In this document: positions 12,912-28,602 of the stretch, piece after piece
Numbering within the stretch: position 1 is the first letter of the stretch
Layout: the number at the start of each line of letters is the position of its first letter
From: the human T2T-CHM13v2.0 reference genome, Homo sapiens
DNA: 64,000 nucleotides
Direction: 5' to 3' (one strand)
NCBI RefSeq assembly: GCF_009914755.1
Contig: NC_060925.1
Translations under genes and position numbers: made by a program
The notes under the pieces: generated by a model
Database searches by the model: none
What the model saw: the letters and a program-made list of their open reading frames with translations, nothing else
What the model was told of the DNA's origin: nothing

Positions 12912-13623
12912 ATTTTTTTTTCCTTATAAAATTTCCTTTCTAAATACGAAAAGGGGAGAAACATTTTTATTAGTGCTTCTTGTATCTTTATAGTCTTTCA
13001 GCTACGTTTTTTTTGCCACATCATTTAAATATGTTTTTATTTTTCCTGTTAAGTTTTATTTTCAAGAGAAACCTGTTGGCTGACTATAAGTGCTGAATTT
13101 CATGACTTTTATTTCCACCAGTATTTTTTAAACTTGGCAGTTTGAGTATCTGCTAAAAATAGCTTCCTGTTGGTATATTGGACAAAAGAAAAACTTCTGT
13201 TCTTTTATTCTGTCCTACCAGAACTTAGTAGAGAATGTGTTACCAGCCTACTTTTTCTAAGTCAAATGACACAAAATGTTTTTTCTTACTAAAACCATAT
13301 GTTCTTATAATGGGCTTTTTTTTCTTCCCTGCTTACAGGAAATGCTTTGGTCTTTTAAAAATTAGTCAGAATGAAAAGTGAAGGCATGTGCCTTGGTTCT
13401 TCAAGTTTTAACTGATTTGCCACCTAATATTTAGCAGATTGATAAAATATTTGTCTTGGCTGCCCAGACAGTTGTTGTACAACTATAAAATAGGTAAAAT
13501 TATTAGAAAACAGCAAAACATTCCCCTCCCCCAAAGAAAAGCCCACAAAAACTTTAGGTCTACGGGTTGGGGGAAAGCTGTGTTTTATCACCCTTTCATA
13601 TTTTAATATTTTCATTTCTCTAG

Positions 13624-13787
13624 CACTAGAAAGTTTGGGATTTGGCTCTTACATCAGTGAAGTAAAAGAAGTCTTGCAAGAGTGTAAAACAGTAGCATTA
13701 AAAAGAAGAAAGGCCAGTTCTCGTTTGGAAAACCTTGGCATTCCTGAAGAAGAGTTATTGAGACAGCAACAAGAATTATTTGCAAAA
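13624..13787 (+). CDS. DR1: DR1 coding exon 2 (end of histone fold, KRRK basic motif, helical region)
   Basis: Acceptor TTTCATTTCTCTAG|CA; encodes (A)LESLGFGSYISEVKEVLQECKTVALKRRKASSRLENLGIPEEELLRQQQELFAK; donor AAA|GTAAGT. 164 nt, and 220+164=384 restores frame. Confidence 0.98.
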
Positions 13788-15948
13788 GTAAGTAATTTAT
13801 TTAAATTATTTTCCTCTGAATCCTACCCTGTTTGCTAACTGAAATTGCTTCCTAAATTAACAGACATACCCAGAGGATTCCCTTTTTCTAGGTAGTTGAT
13901 TATAGATTCTGGTGTTCAGAGCTGACCAATTTGACTCTGGTTTATGTGAAAGTAAATATTTGCAGCAATCTGTTCTAAAGAGAACAACTCCAAATACCTA
14001 TTGAAATTTCACTTGATATTTTTTCAGACAGAATGACCATTTTAAGGCATGAAAAGTATACCTAAATATTCTTAAGATTTAAAATGATGAGCTGATGAGA
14101 AAATACTATATCAAATTTTATGATGCATGACATACCAGCAAAATCTGATTAATATCAACTGTGTAGTTAAATTAGGTCTTTAATATACACCTTTGAAGCA
14201 TTTTAATCTTAAAAAATATTTTAAAGCTAGTAGAGCAAAGGGAGAAAATGTCTTCTTCCTTGCTTGTAATAATTCTAATATCTAGACTCTGAAGGATTAG
14301 AACCAAATACTAATGTTCTCTGTTTCAAAAAGAGAAGGGAGGGGAATTGGTGGCAATGCTGTGTTTTCCCTTCTAAGTTCTGGCCTCTCATTTGAAATTA
14401 TAAGGCAGCTTTGGATTGAATAGAAGAGAAGCCGTAGTAACCATTAGAACTGGGAAGTATCATTTTAGGTAAACTCTTCCAGGTTAGTCCTGTAGCTGAT
14501 CTCTCTGCAGCCATAACAATCAGTTTGGTTTACATCAAACTGCATTTTAGTCTTAAGTATTGTTGGTCACTAGACACCAAGTACCATTTAAACAAGATAA
14601 AAAGAAAAACTTACATTTATTGAGTTCTAACCACGTGTTAATCACATTGCCAAGTAATTTTCCTGCATTATCTCATTTAATCCTCCCAACAACCTATCAT
14701 AGGCACTAAAGAGGAAAAGCCTTTGAAGCAGGCATTAGTACATGCAGTGTTATAATTCATATGAATATGAGGTACAAAAGAAGAGGTGTTGATGTTTTAA
14801 AAACATTAATGGCTATTTATTGATATTGCAGACCACCTAGAGGATGCTAAATTGAACATTTAGTGACAGAAGATTTTCTCCTGGATACTTTAAATACATA
14901 AAAACTTGGCAGAGTTTTTATGAAATATAAATTTTATTGTATTCATTTACATATTAAAAAATAGACTCAGAGGCGGAAAAACTTCCTTGAAATTGTTTGT
15001 CATTTGTTCTACAGTTACTTACTGAAGTCATTACTATTTACCAAGCATCATGCTAGGTGCTAGGCTTACAAGAGTGAACAAGGAGACAGGGTTCCTGTCA
15101 TTATAGAGCTTAATCTACTGGGGAAGATTGAGTGGGAAAGATTGACTTAAATAAAACAGTAAGTTCAGAAAGTTAGGAAGTGTTGGAGTCTATATTTAAA
15201 CTTAGGTATTTTGACCCAAAAGCCTGTACTGTTTCTAACATACCATGCTGATGCTCTAGCCTCCATTTTATATGCTTAAACTTATTATGGGGCTTTTAAA
15301 TAGAATATGTATTATCCTTGCCAGGGCAAAATATAAAGAAATAATTGACTGCCTGCTATATCTGTCTTCACCTTTCTATCCCTATTATCTGTTTTTTTAT
15401 TCCTCTTTTTTGTCTCCCTTGTTTCTTACCCTGACTTATGTATGAAGATCTCTAGTATTTCTTTACTATTGTGAGGATGACCAGCGGAGAGGTAATATTA
15501 TAGCAGTTGCCTAGTACTTCTTCCCTAGAGCACTGAAGTTCTAAATATGAAAGAGTGGATAAGTAAATATATCTTTTTTATCACTTTCATTTTGTTTCAT
15601 TTTTTAGACTTTAAATATTAACACAATGACAGCCTCATTTGAAGCTAGCAGCAAATATTTGGAAGGAGGGAACCTTTAATACATCAAGATTAAAGTTAAC
15701 TTTAAATTATAAATGAGTCATTTTAATATGTGGGAGTGAGAATCTTAAAACATAATGAAAACCTCCAAAAGAAAAGTGAATTAGGAAATACATGCCTGCT
15801 TACCTGTCTTTCACACCCCAATTTTAGAAGAAAAATACTTGGGATGGATTGAGTAGGGGGCAAGAGAGAAAAAAATATATTACAGTAAATATCACTGAAA
15901 AATGTTCAATTTGTGGAAATGAATACAAATAAAATTTTATCAATCAAC

Positions 15949-16120
15949 TTTTTTTTTTTTTAAAGAGACAGGATCTCACCATGTTGCCCAGGCTGGAGCA
16001 CAGTGGCTATTGACAGGCTCGATCAGGCACACTTCAGCCTAGAACTCCTGGGCTCAAGGGATCCTCCTGCTTCAGCCTCATGAGTAGCTGGGACTATAGA
16101 TGTGCACTAGTGAGCCCAGC
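15949..16120 (-). mobile_element. FAM (fossil Alu monomer)
   Basis: Contains the 7SL-derived CAGTGGCTATTGACAGGCTCGATC segment absent from dimeric Alus. Confidence 0.75.
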
Positions 16121-16391
16121 TCAACAGTTAGTTTTAAAGGCATAGAAATGTTTTTATGTTCAGAGAAAAGTATCAGCGCTGATACAGGGCCGTGGTAGCT
16201 AAAAGTCAATTAAATTTGAAATGTAACTAGTACACAGCTTTGCAGACCATTGAATAGACTACCAAATCAAGCACCTTTGCAGTAAAACCTTTGTAGAGAC
16301 TTGAAATTATTTGAATTTTTTCCATGTCACAAAATTATACCAATTTGTAGTTGATTAGACCACAAAATATAGGTATGCTTATGTTGGTTGA

Positions 16392-16760
<369 letters not shown>

Positions 16761-17072
16761 TTAGTTGGTTTTGAACTCTGGATATTCCTGCCGTAAAAGT
16801 AAATATGCTATTGTGTTAGAATCAACTATTTTTCCTATTTCTTTACAAAAATGGATGACAGTCATTATTAGGGAGAATGGATGGTTTCTAATTTCCTAAG
16901 CAAAATGAAGTTTTTGTTTACTGTAAAAGTTGTCTTATCCTTGTTTTTTCTAATATCTATAGTCTTTTCCTTACTTATTTCTTCCTCTTTGCCTTTAACC
17001 ATATACGGGTCTTCTGCATTTCCTTGTATCCCCCAAACCCTTTCATCTTTTGCTATAATGATCTGTGTTACC

Positions 17073-17235
17073 CACCAAGCAAGGTGGCACCTTCCTGTAG
17101 TCCCAGTTACTCGGGAGATGGAGGCAGGACAATCCCTTGAGGCTAGGAGTTCAAGGTTGCAGTGCATAACAACTATGCCTGTAAATAGCCACTGCACTTT
17201 AGTCTGGACAACATAGCAAGACCCCATCTCTAAAA

Positions 17236-17266
<31 letters not shown>
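17073..17266 (+). mobile_element. FAM with (AAAT)n tail
   Basis: GCCTGTAAATAGCCACTGCAC 7SL-type segment; tail 17232-17266. Confidence 0.75.
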
Positions 17267-17267
<1 letters not shown>

Positions 17268-17713
17268 GATCAGTGCTACCATTTTTTGAAAATGTACAAT
17301 CACTTATTCCTCAAATTTAACTTCTGTCCTACCACAGAGGCATTTAATCACCAAATTCAGTAATTTTTTTTCCTTTCAATTCTTACTCATCTGTTTTTTT
17401 AAAAATAACATTTAATGTAGACCTCTTCCTTTATTAGTCTCTGATACTATGGTTACTTGGATAGCTTTCCCCCAAGGTAATAGCTTTTCTTCTTCCACTT
17501 CACTACTGCCACCTACACCAGCACCACCCTACTCCTGCCCTTCAGTCAACAAATTTCAAGTCAGAATTCAATTAACATGTCCCTACTGTATGTAAGACAT
17601 ATGTGGTACTATAGATATAAAAAAAAATGAAGAATATATCATTATGAGACTGACTACTTGGATGAGGAAGATAACTATAATATGAGGCTGACCACTTATG
17701 AGAAAGAGATTCT

Positions 17714-17840
17714 GGCTGGGCATAGTGGCTCACACCTGTAATCATAGCACTTTAGGAGGCCCAGGTGGGAGAATCACTTGAGCCCAGGAGTTTGAGACCA
17801 ACCTGGGCAATATAGTGAGACCCTCTCTCTACAAAAATAG
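17714..17840 (+). mobile_element. FLAM / free left Alu monomer
   Basis: GGCTGGGCATAGTGGCTCAC...CTCTACAAAAA. Confidence 0.85.
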
Positions 17841-17924
17841 AAAGAAAGAGGGAAGAAGGAAAGAGAAAGAAATCCCAAGTATGGAAACATTACATCAAAT
17901 TTTAGGGGTACAGGAGTATGCCAA

Positions 17925-18590
17925 CTAGTAAGCAATTATCTTAGCTCCAGACCCACCTTTCTATGCTCTGCTTTGTGACTGGACCTAGTACTCTGCAAGC
18001 CACATGTTTCTTTGCTAGCTGACTCTCCATTAGACTCTGTTGCCAGTATGGGGCTATCGTGGGAGATTGCATGGATGGAGGAAGAGAAAGGGTTTTCTCT
18101 TACTTTCTCTTGTCTTTCAGTTCCTTTGAACAACCCAGCAACACTTCTTCACCCTGGTTGCATCAGTTTTCCTGTAGCAGAGACTGAACGCGGTTTGCAT
18201 TTTCTCTAATACACCACCAGCCTGAACCCGCACCCCATCCCCCCACTCTGGCAGTGTGGATCCCAACCCTTGGGGCCCTCCTCCAAGCGCAGATATATTA
18301 GTACTAGCTTATCTATGCCCATTCTTCCGAGGCCTGAGTTTCAGTTCCATGAAGTGGTTTCTTAAGCTTCTAAATTTTAAAAATTCCAGCATTTTCCTTT
18401 ATTCCCTCAGTTTTAGGGTTGGTGGCTGCTTCCTGTAGCTGCTACTTTCATGACATCTTCATGTTCTCTTCCTGCCTTTTCAGCTCCCTAATAACAACTT
18501 TATACTTGTTTAACAATTCTTCGTATTAAATTTTTTCCATTCCAGTAACTCATGTGACATCTATCTCTTGATTATACACTGACTGATGCC
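17925..18590 (+). mobile_element. Old ERVL solo LTR (LTR33-like)
   Basis: GCTAGCTGACTCTCCATTAGACTCTG...GGGAGATTG core and 3' end TATTAAA...CTGACTGATGC. Confidence 0.5.
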
Positions 18591-20215
18591 AGGAGGAGAA
18601 AATAGTATTTCAGTTTGACTTGAAGGAAGGGTAGAATTTCAGTAAGTGGCAGGAAATTTCACATAGGATGAGTGTCAGCATGAGTAAAGGTAGCAAAGAT
18701 GAGGAAGTATGGTGTATATTTGGGAAACATTTTGTGTTCTAGGCTTTTTTGAAGCACAAAGTACATGTTACAAAAAAAGACTATAGAGAGGTTGGGGTAG
18801 ACACTAATTTGGAAGACCTTGAACTCTAGGCTAGGAAATTTGGATTTGATTGATAACAAATGATTTTTTTTAAAAAAATGAAATAGTGACCTGATTAGAA
18901 TTTATATCTAGAAATGTTTGGATAATAAAGTCATGACAGATTATTCAGAAGAGTGAGGATTGTACATGGTAAAATCTTAAATGTTACTGGTTATGCTGGG
19001 CATCACTGTTTTCCTGTAGCATGTTCATTCAGAAAATACTGAGGGCCTTTATGTTAGGAATGCAACAAAGAATATGGAAACAATCTCTATTCTCAAGTGT
19101 GGTGGAAAAAAAGGATATAAACTTAGATAATTCTAGAACAAAGTGGATGGATATGGGAATGCATAGGGAATTATGGTATATTAAATAGAGCATAAAATAT
19201 GGCTTGGAAAGGTCAAGAAAGACTAGCTGATTTGCATTTCAGATGATGACTAGGAATTAGCTATGCATAAAGGGGAGGGTCTGAGTTGGACTTAAAGAAC
19301 AATTCCAAGAACAGACAGAGAAGGAGAAAAGGATTGTTTTGGCAGAGTCTAATGGGAAATTGTAAGACCTTTTTAAGAACAGGTTCATTTTTTCCCTTCT
19401 TGGTGTGGTTTTTCTGCAAACAGATGAAATTAAATTGTGAAGGAGCCTTAGCTGTTTCATAGGTAATTAATAATGTATGCATCCTGGTTTCTTAAATCCT
19501 GTGGTTGTTTTTAATAGAGGATATATCAGATGAATGGATTTTAAGTAGTATCTTTTTACTAGTGTGTATACGGGAAGGATATGTATATTTGTATGTGTGT
19601 ATATGCAAATGTGTGTACTTACAGAGAGGGAATGAGGGACACAGAGAGATAGGCATATAGTAGGTTAGGGAATTGTAATAGAAACTCAGAAAGAAATAAT
19701 GGGGTAGCTACTGCATACATGTACAGTACTTCTTTCCTATGAGGTAGAGGTACTATACTAGAGAACTTTTAAACCATATAAATAAATTTTAGATTGAAAA
19801 ATGATTGTATCAAAGTTGTAATATGAGGGTACAGAAGAGTCAAGTGAAATGAAAGGAAAAGAAGAGGGAAAGAGCCAGAGGGAATATTGTGGGTTTTTCA
19901 CAATATTGGTTCCACTTTTTCAACTTCTTCAGTTGAATCAAAGGTCATAAATTACGTGAAATAAAACAGGGCCATTTATAAGAGATCCAAGTTTGAGAAA
20001 TTTCTTAGACCTGTGTAGTTAGAAAAAAGCAATCTCTAATTATATTTACCTATAGAGTTTATGTTCTCCAGATGTGTGACAATTACATAGTACTTGGACA
20101 GTATCCAAGTATGATAATAAACTGTCTGAAATTGGCCTAATCTACATTTAACCAAAGTGTATATATTGTGGGTTTGTAAAAAATTGTTATTTTTTTTTAT
20201 GTTTTGGGTGTTTAG

Positions 20216-20362
20216 GCTAGACAGCAACAAGCAGAATTGGCCCAACAGGAATGGCTTCAAATGCAGCAAGCTGCCCAACAAGCCCAGCTTGCTGCTGCCT
20301 CAGCCAGTGCATCTAATCAGGCGGGATCTTCTCAGGATGAAGAAGATGATGATGATATCTGA
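20216..20362 (+). CDS. DR1: DR1 coding exon 3 (Gln/Ala-rich repression region and acidic tail) ending in TGA
   Basis: Acceptor GTGTTTAG|GCT; encodes ARQQQAELAQQEWLQMQQAAQQAQLAAASASASNQAGSSQDEEDDDDI*. Total CDS 531 nt = 176 aa. Confidence 0.98.
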   Translation, partial: ARQQQAELAQQEWLQMQQAAQQAQLAAASASASNQAGSSQDEEDDDDI

Positions 20363-22320
20363 AATTCACCAGCTGAGTTTCTATTTCTTCTATAAATGTT
20401 TTTCCCTGCACAACAAAAACAGTGAAAGAAATGCTTATCTGTAATTTTGTATGCATCTTGGTGGACTTGTCATTGGTATTCTAGGGATGTCTGCTATTAA
20501 GTTTCATCTATTGTGTGCTATACATGTAAAAACTGTCTCTTTGAACTATTGAAAATTTAAGGTTCAGTATAATATCAATTTTGAATTTTTAATGGTGTTT
20601 ATGAAATTTTAGATAGCAGCGAGTCCTTCGTTTGATCAATAAACAGTGTTACAGATAACTTCAAGTTTATAAAAATACAGTGAAATTTCTACAAAGCTCT
20701 AAATCTGCATTTGCATTTCCTCTGCCCTTTTAACTAAACTAAAACTTGTGAATTTTAAATTATTAAGGGGGGGGGGGTGCTGTGTGAATCAGTAGACATT
20801 GGATTGGGTTGGTGAAAGAGTTCAGTTCTGTAGTATCTGAATTTGTCTTTTAAAATGAGTACATATATAGGCAATAAATATATATGCTCAGATCAATATA
20901 CTTGTTTAGAAAAACTTCAAGACATTCAAAAACTAGGAAGGAGTATGTTTAATAGTATTTGTATAAATTTGGTGGTTATGTTTTTTTATTTTGTTTCTGT
21001 TTTGTGTAGAGGTAAAAACTATAGTTTTATTACAGCATAATTCATTTTGAGCTCCACTATGACATTTCAAAGACTGCCCAGTTTGGAAGTCTGTCATGAT
21101 TTTTACTCTTTCACTCCAATTCAGTAATTGTTGATAGTATTACTTACCTAGTCCATCCATACTCATATTATTCAAATATATAGGTGGTACTTTTGAAACA
21201 ATTACATTGGTTCTCTTGGTTTAACTGAGGTTTATGAATATTCAAACCTTTGCTGGGGGAAAGAAATGAAAGTTAATGAGCATGCTTGCTATGAGAGAGG
21301 GATTTTTAATTTAACTTGTAGTTATAGTTTACTTATTGTTTTTAGAATTACTTTTACATTTTCCCAACTAGATGGCCTAGAGTCCAACATTACCTTTTGA
21401 GATGACATTATTGTCTCCATAATTGAGTGATAGCTTTAAAAAAAAGATTAGTTTTGCTTAAGAAGTTATGTTACAACTGATCAGCCCTATATGAATTAAC
21501 TGATCAGCCCTATATGAAACATAAGTTGTGTTATAACTTATCAGCCGTATATGGAACATAAATAGTTTCTACCTGCTTGTTAGAGAAGCTTTAATTTGGT
21601 TCTAATAAATACAGTATGGTAGTGATTATAGGAATCCAGGATGTTGAAGAAATGGCATAATGTCTATATTTTGGAAACAGAAAGGAAAAGTCACTTAAGA
21701 TAGTATTAAGTAATTAAATTCCTATGTCAGTTGCCAAATCTTTTAAACTTATGTATTCACCAAGCCCAAAAATAGATTGTGGCTCCCAGGATTCCAATTT
21801 TAATTGGAGAGCTAAGTAAGTAAAGTTTTATAACTGTTAGGTTTCTTAATGATCATATTTTGCAGTTTTAGTAAAAGGGAAATATTGTTATACATTTATT
21901 AAATATACTTCCCCCATGAAGTGAAAAGGTTAATTTTGCTGAATGTTTTAAGTTGAAGTTACTTCATGGATGTCATACCCATGAAGTGCATTTGGATGAG
22001 ATAGAAGAAATTGTTTTTTAAAAAGTTTAAGTACCAAAGGTAGTCTAGTCTAGAACGATAAGTTAATACGTGTTGGCTTTTCTAATTTGTACTGTAACAT
22101 CCTTATACTTTCTATTTTAAGTATATCTGTTTCTTAAGTAAACAACTTAGATATTTTCCACACCTTTTTTTTTTTTTTCTGATGCAGAGTTCAGGTTAAT
22201 ATTTTACTGCATCTGATAATGTATTATACGTTTGAAGCCTAGTGACTTTTCATTTTGACATTCTTGTGATTTCATATGCTGTATTCTTCAAGCAATAAAA
22301 TTGTGATGTGTTTTATAAAT
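20363..22320 (+). other. DR1: DR1 3'UTR (to the main distal polyA signal)
   Basis: AT-rich sequence without obvious interspersed repeats after the stop codon. AATAAA at 20638, 20873, 21604 and 22294. Confidence 0.75.
22294..22299 (+). terminator. Polyadenylation signal AATAAA (likely major distal site)
   Basis: AATAAA with TGTA upstream (22280) and GT/T-rich downstream sequence (ATGGTTTTTATATTT). Confidence 0.65.
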
Positions 22321-22545
22321 GGTTTTTATATTTAATGTTCTATAGAGAGATTTCTATTATTACCATTTTTACTATTTTCAAGAATCTTAGGCCCAAAAGA
22401 CATTTTGGTCATTTGGTATGTAGTACCTGCCTTTTGTTTTTGTTTACTGTTATTTCAAAAAATGTGGTTTTACTTGTATTTTTATAATTTACAGTCCTAA
22501 GATCGAGGCATAACAAAGCTTACTTATGCAATATTTTATTTTTAG

Positions 22546-22576
<31 letters not shown>

Positions 22577-22779
22577 TTAGCATTTAAGAGTCACTATTAT
22601 GTTTTGCCAGTTAAAATTTTTTAAATCTTTTGAAGAGAGAAACAAAATCTTCAGCGTTCTTGAGAAATAAAATTATTGTTCAGTAAGTAATTTTCCATCC
22701 CCTTGAATATATGTTATATATTCTTTTTCGGCAGATTATCAGATTAGTAAGTGTTTAAAAGGCATCAGTTTTTGAAACT

Positions 22780-23815
22780 GCATATACCACACACACACAA
22801 AACAGTACACAAATAAAGGTTTTCACAAATTAAACAAACTCACATACTAGTCTTCAGATCAAAACACAGAGCATTATGTGTACCCCAGAAGCCCTCCTCT
22901 TTCCCCATCTTAACACTGTCTTCTTTCTTGCTGAAAGTTACTATCCTGACTTCTAAAATCATAGATTAGTTTTGCCTGTTTTTTATTTTATGTAAATGTA
23001 ATCATACATAATACACTTTTTTTCATTCATCATTTTTGTGAATATTTTAGTTTCTTGTTGCCACTGTAACAAATTACCACAAACTTAGTGACTTAAAACA
23101 ACACAGATTTATTCTTTTATAGTCCTGGAGATCAGAAGTCCAAAAATCAGTTTCATTAGGCCTAAATCAAAGTATCAGCAGGGTTGGCTCTTTATTGAGG
23201 TTGTGAGGGAGAATGTTTTCTTCCCTTTTTTGGCTTCCAGTGACGGCCTGTATTTATGGGCTTGTGACCCCTTCCTCTCTATGATCAAAGCTTGCTTTTG
23301 TCATTATATCATCTTCTCTTCTGTAGTCAGATCTTTCCCTGCCTCTAAGTTTAGGGCTCACCTGCATAAAGCAGGGATAATCCCCCTATCTCAAGATCCT
23401 TAATTTAATCACATGTGCAGAATCTCTTTTGCCATATAAGTGACATTCACAGGTTCCAGGGATTCATACGCTGGCTATCTTTGGAGGCCGTTATTCAACC
23501 TGCCAAAGTGAGATCCATTCTTATTGTTGCATGTATTTGTAGTTCATTCATTCTCATTGCTGTATAGTCTTCCGTTTGTTTATCCATTTTTCATTACATC
23601 CAAAAGTTATTCATTCTCCCATTAATAGTCTTTTGAGAATTTTTCAATTCTGAGCTATTATGAATAGTACTGTGTAGAACATTCTTATACATGTCTTTTG
23701 GTGAGTGTATACATTTCCATTGAGTATAAACCTAAGAATGGAATTGCCAGGTTGTAGGGTGTGTATATTTTCAGTTTTAGTATTTACTGTCAAACAGTTT
23801 TCCAAAGTGACTGTA
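22780..23815 (-). mobile_element. Old L1M 3' fragment interrupted by an MLT1 LTR (about 23045-23507)
   Basis: MLT1 hallmark CTGTAACAAATTACCACAAACTTAGTGACTTAAAACAACAC; L1M 3'UTR-like sequence on both sides. Confidence 0.7.
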
Positions 23816-24495
23816 AGAAGGCACCATTTTAATGTGTAGCATAAAAATGAATTACGCTAATGATCTTAGTGGGTTGAATTTCTCGAAACACCTAAATTGT
23901 ACCAAATGAGTTATATTGCAGCAGGTATGTTGTTAATTTCATATAACAGGAAAATAAGAGCAAAAGTAATTGCCCTTATTAACTGACACATTAGTATTAC
24001 ATACTCATTAGGTTATTGCTCCTTAGAAAAAATGCGAATTTTAAGTAATCGTAAGTAGTATGTTGAATTAGTATGTTGTGGGAAAATCTGTGATTTAATT
24101 TTTTAATTGAATTTTAAATTTTGGGTTATAACCTCATTAAAATGCATGATATTTCCTTATATAGGTTTCTAAATTATGTCTGTCCAACTCATCTATATCC
24201 AAATGGCCATTAGGAAGAATTATCCAATTCAGATGGCATAGGCACTGCCTTCCAATTTCTTCATTTGTATTTTTTTGTTGCTGTTTTCTTTTTTGCCTCT
24301 GTCCCCAACAATTTGACCACAAGTCCTACCCCACCTCCTCTGTTTTTCACCATCCCCCAGGATATAAAGTGTCATGGTTAGGATCGGCCAGGGTGAAGAG
24401 AATGATAACATAAGTAGCCTCCTTTCACCTAAAGTATTACCACTGGTTCTTATCCTATTTCCTCAAAATAAATGAGAAGAGAAAGTAAGGAATAA

Positions 24496-24982
<487 letters not shown>

Positions 24983-25051
24983 AAAAGGAGGAAACTTTTA
25001 ACTTATGATCAGTTTCTACCATAAATCAAGCAACTTAGAAAAACCTTAGAA

Positions 25052-25294
25052 CAGGGTTTCTCAAACCAAGCATTGTTAGTATTTGGGGTTGGTTAAGTCT
25101 TTGTTTGTGGGAGCCTATCCTGTGCATTGTAGGATTTCTAGCAGCATAATTGGCTTATGCCCACTTGATGTCATTAGCACCACTCCCCACCCTACTTCCA
25201 GTTGTGACAACCCAAAAATGTCTCCAGACATAGCCAACTGTCCCTGGGTGTTGCGAGTATAGGAGGCAAAATTGCACCCTGTTGAAAACCACCA
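25052..25294. mobile_element. MER20-like hAT-Charlie DNA transposon
   Basis: Termini CAGGGTTTCTCAA / TTGAAAACCAC; internal GTTGTGACAACCCAAAAATGTCTCCAGACA; 8-bp TSD CCTTAGAA/CCTTAGAT. Confidence 0.8.
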
Positions 25295-25634
25295 CCTTAG
25301 ATCATCTAGGTTTTACTTTTAGGATAAGACACTTGAGGGAAAGGCTGTGAAACTGAACCTCTGTTAGAAGCAACACACAGTATCACTGCAAAAAGACTAA
25401 AAGAAATAGGTGATTTGGAAAGAGGAGGCCCAGGATTAAAATATGTTTCCAAGAAAGTCAAATCTTACAGGAGACTCTTGACTTCACATCTGCTGATCCC
25501 TTTACCCGATAGGACCTAGAGCAGCCATTATAAATCTCTGTACCTGCTTGCTGCTTTTCTACCTCATTGTTAGCCACACCCAGTTTGAAACAGATGAGGT
25601 ATGCTATTTCATAACTAGTACATCTTTTAATAAG

Positions 25635-26110
25635 CATTTTTTATTGTGATTAAATATGCATATCGTAAAATTCACCACTTTAACCAGTTTTAAGTGTTCA
25701 ATTCTGTGGCATTAAGTATATTCATACTATTGTGCAACCACCACCACCATCCGTCTACAGAACTCTTCATCTTCCCAAACTGAAATTATGTATTCATTAA
25801 ACAATAACCACCCATTACCTCCTCTCTCCTCAGCCTCTGGTAACCAGCATTCAGTCTCTATGCATTGACTACTCTAGATATCTAAATGGATTCATTCTTA
25901 TTTCATTTACCATAATGTCTTCAAAGTTCATTCATGTTGTAGCATGTATTAGAATTTCTTTCCTCTTAAAGGCCAAATATGCCGTAGTATGTAAATACCG
26001 TATTTTGTTTATCAGTTCATCCATTAATGGACACTGGGTTGCTTCTGCTTTTTGGCTATTGTGAATAATGCTTCTGTGAACGTGGGTATACAAATAACTG
26101 TTTGAGTCCT
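25635..26110 (-). mobile_element. L1MB-like 3' fragment
   Basis: GTGGCATTAAGTATATTCATACTATTGTGCAACCACC and TTTTTGGCTATTGTGAATAATGC motifs. Confidence 0.75.
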
Positions 26111-26201
26111 AATAGGCTTGTTATTTTTGAGTGCACAGATCTGTATATTCGCAATTGAAATAGGGAAAGTCTTTATATTCATATAAAGATAATTTATAAT
26201 A

Positions 26202-27774
<1,573 letters not shown>

Positions 27775-28602
27775 TATGTGATATGAACAATGAGGATCAA
27801 CTCTTTTTGTAATAGTTTTTTTACATATGTTATTTCATTTGTTTATTTCCTCTGTGAGGGTAAGTATTGATAGTCCAGTCATAGACTGGTAACACAGGCA
27901 CACCATTAAAAATAATAGACATACAGTATGCAGTATTTTGTTTTACTTATGAAACTCCGTATTTTATGTATGATGTATTGAGTATGAAGAATAGTACATA
28001 CTGTTTCCTTTTAACTTTATGTTTCTTGCCTTTGTATATTTTATATGAATAGCACTTGTCACTAACATAGAAAGCAGTAGAGGTGGAAGAGGGAGACTTG
28101 CCAGAATAAGTTTTTAATGTGAATCAGAGATTTTTATTAGGAATTGGGAGTGGAAGGAGAGAGATAGTATTAGAAAGTATGTATGCAGCAAAGGATGGAG
28201 AAACTGTCCTTGTTGTTAAGGCATCTAAGGATGCTCCAATTACTGGGGAAAACATACCAGGCTCAAAATGGTCTGATTATGCAAATACCTTCTAATACGT
28301 TTGTTTCTTTTGTTGTGCCTATAAAAGATGCCATTAACTTCATATTTATGTCACTAATAAACTTCTAGAATCCATGTAGTAGGGTGTAGTAGTGTGGTTA
28401 AGCTATGAAGAACAATGGTATTTATTTCCAAAACACTTATTTGGTATATTACATAGGATAGAGTATGTTTTCTAAGCCAAATAGTGTTAGGTTTTCATGT
28501 GCAGTTGCCTTACACATATACTAGTAGCCCTTACAAAATTTCGTCTGTCTTTATTATAAACATGTTGTAAGTGAGGAAACTAAGATTCCAAGAAATTAAG
28601 TA

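Noticed and set aside
20157-20444. 95-aa ORF over exon 3
   Set aside because: Alternative frame starting in the intron at GTG; the DR1 frame explains the composition.
21463-21562. CRISPR-like direct repeats
   Set aside because: Mammalian 3'UTR, only three copies, spacers of 2 and 16 nt, no cas genes; a simple local duplication.
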